DNA from: Candidatus Rifleibacteriota bacterium
GTDB lineage: Bacteria > Muiribacteriota > Ozemobacteria > Ozemobacterales > Ozemobacteraceae
Assembly (NCBI GenBank): GCA_051747585.1
Contig: JBNJGH010000028.1
Span: 1-32,606 of the forward strand
Reading direction: 5' to 3'
Length of the DNA stretch: 32,606 nucleotides
Shown here: in pieces, positions 26,448 to 32,606 of the stretch
Position numbering within the stretch: the first letter of the stretch is position 1
Layout of the letters: each line of letters begins with the position of its first letter
Position numbers and translations under genes: made by a program
Notes under the pieces: generated by a model
The model's database searches: none
Told to the model about the DNA's origin: nothing
What the model saw: the letters and a program-made list of their open reading frames with translations, nothing else

Positions 26448-28634
26448 ATGGAAATAGCTTACAGATTAATTTTATACATAATAATGGCCAACCTTGGTTA
26501 CATGATATTCAGCCTTTATAGAAAAGGTTATTCTCATTATGCCGGATATATTTCACAACTGTTTTTTCTTTTATGTTTGATTATTCTTATGGTTGCAAAA
26601 AATGTCTCTGGTGTGTTTTCTGTTTCTACTTCACTTTGCGGAATATTTGTCGTTGTTGTTCTGCCAATGTTTTTGCAAAAACAAATAGATGTTTTGATGG
26701 CGGAAAATCGTCTCGACGAGATTGAGCCGCTTGCTCGCTGGAAAGCCAATCTTGCCTGGAGTGAACTAAACGTTCATCTTCATAAACTGGCACGAATTGC
26801 CAGAGATTTCAAAGACGATTCTGTTCAACTCGAACAGAATATCAGGCAACTGCTTGATCGAGGTGAACCTTATGACTCGATGACCCGTGTCTTCATCGGC
26901 TTGATTCATTTTAACAACCGTAATTTCGAAGGAATGATCAGAGACCTCGTCGTAGAAGGCAAGGAACTGCGCGATTATAGCTTCGAAGAGTTGCTTTATC
27001 TGGTAAGAGCCTATCTGGAAACGACAAGATATGAAGAAGCTATTTCGGCACAAATTGCGCTGGAAGAAAAATTATCCGACCCCGAAGACTTCAGTTTGGA
27101 AAAGCAGATTAACCTTGTTATCAGCAGAATGATATTTTTTGCTTTTCTGGGTTGGAAAAAAGATTTTGAAAATTTGATGGATAAAAAAGAAGAGGCTATA
27201 GAGCGCTTGCCAAGGCAAATTATAGAATTCTGGCGGGGTATGTGTTACTTCAATTCGGGTGAATTTTCTCTGGGTGAGCAGCTTATGGGTAAGGCAATGA
27301 GAGATTCAGAGCAGTTTGAGCAGTCAGAAAACTGGTTGCCTTTTATGCGAAAAAGATTTTTTGGCCTGGTGGAAAACAAAGAGTTTATAGCGGGCAGGCT
27401 TTTATTAAAGCTAAAAGAATTTGAGAAGCAGTATAGCCCGGTGATAAATGAAATTATAAGTAAAGAAGAAAGGATTGTTAAAGGACCGGAAACCCGCCAT
27501 AGAGTCACTGATATTCTTGTCTATACAATTATGGTTGTTTCAACCATTCTTATTTTAACAGTTGAAATCGAAGATCTTGTTGTTCTTATCCAAATGGGAG
27601 CAAACAGTTCTTTTCTGGTTCAGCACGGAGAATATTTTAGAATCTTCAGCTGCCTGTTTATACATATTGGCTGGTTGCATCTTTTTATGAATCTTATTGC
27701 TTTGAAGTTTTTCGGGCCACTTGTTGAGACACTGGTTGGCTGGCCGATTTTTCTTGGTATCTACTTCTTTTCAGGCGTAATGGCTGGGGTTGCGGCAGTT
27801 TATAATGGACAAATTCTGTCGGCAGGAGCTTCCGGAGCTGTTCTGGGCTTGCTTTCTTCTGCCATTGTTTTTCAGTTTTTTAAAGTCAAGGGTGTAGAAA
27901 GCCTGTCGCGTAACAACAATTTTTCTACCTTGATATTTATAATGGTTATAAATTTGCTTGTCGGAGCGGTAGAGCAGGTGGTCGATAATAGCGCTCATAT
28001 AGGAGGAATGCTCGGAGGGGCCTTGATAAGCTTGATTCTTGTGCCTGTTTTGAAGCGTGAAAAATTAAAGAAGTTTGCATCTGTTTTATCAATAATTTTT
28101 GTATTGGCATTTGCGGGCTTTTCTTCGTATCAGATGTTTGTTGATAACAAAGAGGGAAGATACCCCCAAAAAGTATACGGATATAAAAGCATTGAAAATG
28201 CTTCTCAGACTATCAGGCTTGAATTACCCCAATCCTGGAAACTGGATACAGAACTCACAGATTTTCGTGAACTTGTTGCCTTTGGACCTTTTAAAGAAAG
28301 ATTTACTGCTTTGGTAAGTATTAATGATACAACCCAAAAGAACGTTATTAAGGAGCATATTAATCAAAGAACAAAGGAACTGGAACAAACAGAAGGTTTG
28401 AATCTGGTGAGCCGCAAGGGACCAGATAAAACAATTTCAGGTAATAAAGAAATTTATAAAATTATCTGGCTTATTTCTTCAGGTGGTAGCCCGATTTCCG
28501 TAACCGATTATCTTGTTTTTGATCGGCAGGTTTTATATTTATTGAGATTTTTTGTTGGCAGCAATAAACACGAGGCTTATAAAAATATTTTTAAGCACGC
28601 TTTAAATAGTTTTAACTCTCCAGTTTTTGATTAG
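26448..28634 (+). CDS. Multidomain rhomboid intramembrane serine protease
   Basis: EYFRIFS..FIHIGWLHLFMN, catalytic GASGA and DNSAHIGG; long N-terminal TM plus helical region and C-terminal soluble domain. Confidence 0.88.
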   Translation: MEIAYRLILYIIMANLGYMIFSLYRKGYSHYAGYISQLFFLLCLIILMVAKNVSGVFSVSTSLCGIFVVVVLPMFLQKQIDVLMAENRLDEIEPLARWKANLAWSELNVHLHKLARIARDFKDDSVQLEQNIRQLLDRGEPYDSMTRVFIGLIHFNNRNFEGMIRDLVVEGKELRDYSFEELLYLVRAYLETTRYEEAISAQIALEEKLSDPEDFSLEKQINLVISRMIFFAFLGWKKDFENLMDKKEEAIERLPRQIIEFWRGMCYFNSGEFSLGEQLMGKAMRDSEQFEQSENWLPFMRKRFFGLVENKEFIAGRLLLKLKEFEKQYSPVINEIISKEERIVKGPETRHRVTDILVYTIMVVSTILILTVEIEDLVVLIQMGANSSFLVQHGEYFRIFSCLFIHIGWLHLFMNLIALKFFGPLVETLVGWPIFLGIYFFSGVMAGVAAVYNGQILSAGASGAVLGLLSSAIVFQFFKVKGVESLSRNNNFSTLIFIMVINLLVGAVEQVVDNSAHIGGMLGGALISLILVPVLKREKLKKFASVLSIIFVLAFAGFSSYQMFVDNKEGRYPQKVYGYKSIENASQTIRLELPQSWKLDTELTDFRELVAFGPFKERFTALVSINDTTQKNVIKEHINQRTKELEQTEGLNLVSRKGPDKTISGNKEIYKIIWLISSGGSPISVTDYLVFDRQVLYLLRFFVGSNKHEAYKNIFKHALNSFNSPVFD

Positions 28635-28740
28635 TTGAAAAAAAATTGCTTTAAGATTAAAAAGACTCTTGAAATTGTTTGTAGAAAGGTTTAAATTCCA
28701 GAGGATAGTAATCTATATATTTACAGGGGGCTTTATCCGA

Positions 28741-29496
28741 ATGAGGAAAAGACTTTTTAGTTTTGTTATTATTCTTGCGTTTCTCTCGTTTCCCTGCGGT
28801 GCTTTTGCCGGTAAATGGACAGACTGGTGGAAGCCGAATGAATGGTTCGGACGAAAACGCAGATCTACAACTGTAACCGGAACTGTGTCGAGTGTGGTCG
28901 GCGACAAGGTTATGTTTGAAACCCTCGATGGTCAAACCCTGCAGCTTACTGGCCAAAAAGCTGCAAAAGTTGGTGAGAACCGCGCAGTAAAAATAAGGGT
29001 TTTTGGGAATGTGCATAAGCCAGATCAAAAATATCCTTCGGGAGCTATTCAAGTAAGAAACTATCGAGTTCTTGAGGATGCCAAGGTGCCCACAACCGAT
29101 ATTACTGTTGGCGATGAAGAAATGGTTGTAACTACCCCTGAGCCGGAACCATATCTTGAGCCTGAGCCTTATCTTGAGCCCGAACCTTATATGGAACCAG
29201 AACCTGTTCCAGAACCTGTAGCTACTCCCGAGCCCGTTGATGATGAACCCGCTCCGGAACCTTATGTTGAGGACCCTTCTCCAAGGGCTGTTCCGGCTGA
29301 CAGCTCTGAGGAAGTTGAAGAGCCCGAGTCAGAATTTACTGAATACGTAGTTGTTTCAGGTGACACTCTTGGAAAAATCAGCAAAAAAGTTTTTGGAACT
29401 ACGGCCAAGTGGAAAAAAATTGCTGAATTTAACGGTATTACAAATCCAAAATTGCTTAAAGTTGGCATGACTCTGCGTATTCCGAAGGATTTATAA
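28741..29496 (+). CDS. Exported LysM peptidoglycan-binding protein with Pro/Glu repeat linker
   Basis: Start ATG 28741 gives signal MRKRLFSFVIILAFLSFPCGAFA; (EPEPYL)2-EPEPYM linker; C-terminal YVVVSGDTLGKIS...WKKIAEFNGI.NP..LKVGMTLRIP. Confidence 0.9.
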   Translation: MRKRLFSFVIILAFLSFPCGAFAGKWTDWWKPNEWFGRKRRSTTVTGTVSSVVGDKVMFETLDGQTLQLTGQKAAKVGENRAVKIRVFGNVHKPDQKYPSGAIQVRNYRVLEDAKVPTTDITVGDEEMVVTTPEPEPYLEPEPYLEPEPYMEPEPVPEPVATPEPVDDEPAPEPYVEDPSPRAVPADSSEEVEEPESEFTEYVVVSGDTLGKISKKVFGTTAKWKKIAEFNGITNPKLLKVGMTLRIPKDL

Positions 29497-29598
29497 GGTA
29501 AATTTTGCACATAATGTAGAAAATACTGGAATTTAGAGTGTAATTTATGATAATCTTGCTTGATTTTAAATCAGGTGTGAATTTTACAGGAGGAACAA

Positions 29599-29775
29599 AT
29601 GAAAAACGTTGATTTAAACGTAGAAGGCAACATTCTTACAATAAAAGTTGATTTAACCAAAGATTATGGCCCATCTTCTTCTGGTAAATCTATAATAATT
29701 GCTACCACGGAAGGTAACTATGCTCTCCCGGGTAGAGAAGAAAAACTCGGCGTAAACGTTTATCGTAAAAAATAA
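29599..29775 (+). CDS. 58-aa hypothetical protein (MKNVDLNVEGNILTIKVDLTKDYGPSSSGKSIIIATTEGNYALPGREEKLGVNVYRKK), below the ORF-track cutoff
   Basis: RBS AGGAGG at 29588-29593, ATG 29599, TAA 29773-29775; followed by a hairpin. Confidence 0.85.
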   Translation: MKNVDLNVEGNILTIKVDLTKDYGPSSSGKSIIIATTEGNYALPGREEKLGVNVYRKK

Positions 29776-29802
29776 ACTGTTTTTGTTTTGAAAATTAAAT
29801 TT

Positions 29803-29828
29803 GCGGCGCTGCATATTATGCACGCCGC
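29803..29828 (+). terminator. Hairpin / probable terminator after the 58-aa gene
   Basis: GCGGCG-C-TGCATA-T-TATGCA-CGCCGC followed by TTCATTTTT. Confidence 0.55.
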
Positions 29829-29837
29829 TTCATTTTT

Positions 29838-30482
29838 ATGAAGCGTAAATATTTTTTTATAATTTGTATCTTTTTACTGGTATCTTATCAAGCTCTTTTT
29901 GCTGCAAATTCCATTTGCCAAAAGTTTGACGATGTTTCTGGTTCGGGAAAATATCCCTTTAATTTTAGAGCTATCGATAATAGACTTTTTGCCGGTGGAT
30001 TTCTTTTTAATCCCATCAATAAAGATAATTCCGATCAAAAAGTTCGACAATTTCTAAAATTATTAGCCGAATTCAACGTAAAGACTTTAATTTTGCTTCA
30101 TGTTCCTGCAGGTGAAGATCCTTTTACCACCAGGCTTGAAGCTCTTTGTCGCCTTGAAAACCTGAATTTAATGAAAATGAGGATGAATGCTGTTGAAGTG
30201 CCTGATGAAATAGAAACCAGAAAAATTATGCAGGCAGTTGATAACGGGGCTTATGTTCATTGCATGTGGGGATGTGACCGAACCGGTGCAATTATTGGGC
30301 GTTATCTTGTCGATCGCATGAAATATGAGCCTGAAGATGCCTATCGAGCTATTATTAAAAGTGGTTCTCATTCAGGCAAAAAAGGTGGTTTTAAAGAAAT
30401 TAAGGGAAATCAAAAATTATTGCTTTATTTTTGGCCTGAAGTGGCTGAACAGTCGCCTGAGATCTGGCAAAAGTTTAAGTAA
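29838..30482 (+). CDS. Exported protein-tyrosine/dual-specificity phosphatase family protein
   Basis: Signal peptide MKRKYFFIICIFLLVSYQALFA; NFRAID..LFAGG; P-loop VHCMWGCDRTG (HCxxGxDRT). Confidence 0.8.
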   Translation: MKRKYFFIICIFLLVSYQALFAANSICQKFDDVSGSGKYPFNFRAIDNRLFAGGFLFNPINKDNSDQKVRQFLKLLAEFNVKTLILLHVPAGEDPFTTRLEALCRLENLNLMKMRMNAVEVPDEIETRKIMQAVDNGAYVHCMWGCDRTGAIIGRYLVDRMKYEPEDAYRAIIKSGSHSGKKGGFKEIKGNQKLLLYFWPEVAEQSPEIWQKFK

Positions 30483-30590
30483 GAACTAAACTTTTTCGGG
30501 CTTTGTGTCAGTAATTATCCATTTAGTGATACTAGCGAGTTTTAAGACATTTTTGTATTTTTTGTTATGTACTAAGTTTGAGCATATCAA

Positions 30591-30748
30591 AGATTGCTTC
30601 GTCGCTCCGCTCCTCGCAATGACAAGTAATTAGCTTAATCACCTTCCTTTCTCTTTCTCCTAAAGCTTATCGGAAAAAGAAAAACCTTACATAATCCAAT
30701 ATACGATGACAATTTGTGGCTGTCATTGCGAGCGAAGCGAAGCAATCT
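30591..30748. repeat. Pair of inverted REP-like repeat halves
   Basis: AGATTGCTTCG...CTCGCAATGACA (30591-30624) is inverted relative to TGTCATTGCGAG...CGAAGCAATCT (30721-30748); 11-nt and 12-nt perfect blocks are shared. Confidence 0.7.
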
Positions 30749-30898
30749 AAATGTCTTGAAACGGTTTCTACAAACAAATGGATAATTACCGGGCTTTGTG
30801 TGAGACACATTTTTTTTGGGAAAAACAGGCTGATAATTGTTGATGGAGAAACCCTGGGATAAAGTGTCACCCTGTTCGACTCCGCTCAAAAATCCGAT

Positions 30899-32605
30899 TT
30901 ATTTTTTACCGGTGTCTGTCTCTTTGCCGTCATCATCTTCTTCATCGTCTTCGTCGTCAGACTCCTCGTCGTCCTCTTCTTCTTCATTGTCTTCGTCGTC
31001 AGACTCCTCGTCATCCTCTTCTTCTTCATCGTCTTCGTCGTCAGACTCCTCGTCATCTTCTTCTTCTTCATCGTCGTCGTCAGACTCCTCGTCGTCCTCT
31101 TCTTCGTCGTCGTCTTCGTCGTCAGACTCCTCGTCGTCCTCTTCTTCGTCGTCGTCTTCGTCGTCAGACTCCTCGTCGTCCTCTTCTTCGTCGTCGTCTT
31201 CGTCGTCAGACTCCTCGTCATCTTCTTCTTCTTCATCGTCTTCGTCGTCAGACTCCTCGTTCTCTTCTTCTTCTTCTGCTGCTTCTTCGTCAGGCTCCTC
31301 AGCTTTTTTGCTCTTTTCCTGATCTGAATTTTCGTTGCTGGTATCTTCTTCTTCAGAATCCGGGTCTTCTTTGGCTTCTTCTAGTTTTATATCTTCAGTT
31401 TTATTTTTTTTCTTTTTAATTTTATCGATAATGGGCTTTAATTTGTTTGTAAGAAGTTCTAGTTTTGCACTAACTAAACTTTTTAATTTTCCCAGTTTGC
31501 CAGAGTCAGATGCGATTGGTTCTTTTTCTTTATCTTCTTCTGATTTTGTGGGTTCATCTTTGTTGTCTGGAGCAGTTTCAGCCTTATCCTCAGTTTTTTC
31601 CGGAGCATCAGCCTTTTTCTTTTTACGCAGATAATCAATGCCTCCGATAATACCTGCAATAACAATGACCAGACCAAGCCAGAATTTTTTAAGCATAGTT
31701 ATCCAGTAAAGTTTTGATGCACCTGCGGGGGGATTTTTCGCTTTTAAAGCTATATTCAGATGGCTGGAGGCTTTCTTTGGGTTTGGTCGTTTGGCATTGT
31801 AATAATAAAGAGCCATAGCATAATTTGCCAGAGGGTGTCGGCGATTATCTTTAATCAGTGAGCTTGCAAGTCTTCTTGCTCCATAATAATTAGGTTTATC
31901 CGAATTAATTTCTGCTTCTATACGGTATTCGAGGCCTTCCTGAGTTTCACCAGCCTCTTGGTTATCTTGAAATAACCTTGCAAGAGCTTTCCAGTTTTCT
32001 TTTTTTCTAAGAACTTTTGCCTTTGCAAAAACGGAATCGAATTTTCCGGTTAATTCTTCTTCTGGTTGCGCTTCTTTTTCTGCTTTATCTTTATCCTTTT
32101 CTTTTTGTTTCTGCTGAAATTTCTGACTTTGTTCTATAACCTCTGTTACAAGATTCAGGTTCTCATAGATTTGTTTGTTTAAGTTATCATCAACAATATT
32201 TTTGAAAGCAAGAAAACCTTCATAAACATCCAGATCTTTTTCTACAACTTTAATTTTGCTTTTATCTATTTTGGGAGGGGCTTTAAAATTAATTTCTTTA
32301 CTCTGGCCTGCATTCTGACTTTGAGATTTTTTTGCGGGATCTGTAAGGTGATCAACCAGACTTGAGAGGCTTTTTACCGTTTTATTGTTCGTTAGATCTT
32401 CAACAATATCTGCTCCGGGAAATTCTTTCTGAACCTTTGATGGTATTTCGTTTACTGCTTTTTTTACAGGGTATTGAATTGCTTTTTTTTGTGGTGTAGC
32501 AGGTTCCGGATAAGAATTAACCGGCGCTTTTTGGTATTTAACTTCTGGGGCGGGCAGATTTTCGAGAATAGACGAGACATCCTCTGCCTGGGTCGCGACT
32601 GGCAG
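30899..32605 (-). CDS. Single-pass membrane protein with hyperacidic C-terminal tail (5' end outside the window, at least 568 aa)
   Basis: The frame of the track's 305-aa ORF has no stop up to the window end (begins LPVATQAEDVSSILENLP, probably the end of a signal peptide); TM FWLGLVIVIAGIIGGI followed by RKKKK; D/E tail. Confidence 0.85.
   Translation of the reverse strand: MPVATQAEDVSSILENLPAPEVKYQKAPVNSYPEPATPQKKAIQYPVKKAVNEIPSKVQKEFPGADIVEDLTNNKTVKSLSSLVDHLTDPAKKSQSQNAGQSKEINFKAPPKIDKSKIKVVEKDLDVYEGFLAFKNIVDDNLNKQIYENLNLVTEVIEQSQKFQQKQKEKDKDKAEKEAQPEEELTGKFDSVFAKAKVLRKKENWKALARLFQDNQEAGETQEGLEYRIEAEINSDKPNYYGARRLASSLIKDNRRHPLANYAMALYYYNAKRPNPKKASSHLNIALKAKNPPAGASKLYWITMLKKFWLGLVIVIAGIIGGIDYLRKKKKADAPEKTEDKAETAPDNKDEPTKSEEDKEKEPIASDSGKLGKLKSLVSAKLELLTNKLKPIIDKIKKKKNKTEDIKLEEAKEDPDSEEEDTSNENSDQEKSKKAEEPDEEAAEEEEENEESDDEDDEEEEDDEESDDEDDDEEEDDEESDDEDDDEEEDDEESDDEDDDEEEDDEESDDDDEEEEDDEESDDEDDEEEEDDEESDDEDNEEEEDDEESDDEDDEEDDDGKETDTGKK
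30931..31275. repeat. Coding tandem repeat, 8 x about 42 nt (EESDDEDDEEEEDD)
   Basis: CAGACTCCTC anchors at 30958, 31000, 31042, 31081, 31123, 31165, 31207 and 31249 (period 42, one 39-nt unit). Confidence 0.95.
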
Positions 32606-32606
32606 A

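Noticed and set aside
30635..30889. 84-aa and 67-aa minus-strand ORFs in the intergenic region
   Set aside because: They run through the REP-like repeat (RLLRFARND / DCFASLAMT are translations of it) and have no RBS or recognisable features.
30931..31275. 42-nt repeats as a CRISPR array
   Set aside because: No unique spacers, in-frame coding repeat, and no cas genes.
30837..31322. 161-aa poly-Ser ORF (+) and 116-aa K/T-rich ORF (-, 30886-31236)
   Set aside because: Alternative-frame shadows of the acidic repeat gene.

Overview
AT-rich bacterial chromosomal segment, probably from an anaerobe (the phylum cannot be fixed from sequence alone), with about 30 genes and no prophage, CRISPR or intact transposase. 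Left arm (minus strand): a tightly packed run ppdK - nusB (with a large insertion) - chemoreceptor fused to PilZ - PilB/GspE ATPase - lipS1 - lipS2 (the two-subunit radical-SAM lipoyl synthase), then a DUF3147-like membrane protein and tldD. Centre: a self-contained three-gene microcompartment satellite operon (two EutN/CcmL vertex proteins plus a DeoC aldolase carrying an encapsulation-like peptide, a flavoprotein-like domain and two Cys clusters). It converges on a two-micropeptide unit absent from the ORF track (22 and 23 aa; the second is essentially a bare lipoprotein signal ending LAGC-V) behind a sigma-28-like promoter. A 176-bp IS4-type MITE with a 12-bp target duplication lies upstream of pgi. 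Right arm: nitrilase and CoA-transferase III, tRNA-Pro(GGG), a trans-sulfuration lyase, pilC, topB, a multidomain rhomboid, a LysM protein, a 58-aa ORF missing from the track, an exported PTP-family phosphatase, REP-like repeat halves, and a 5'-truncated membrane protein with an 8 x 42-nt hyperacidic repeat tail. The best candidates for something undescribed are the BMC-targeted DeoC fusion operon, the micropeptide pair and the MCP-PilZ/PilB/LipS1S2 operon.
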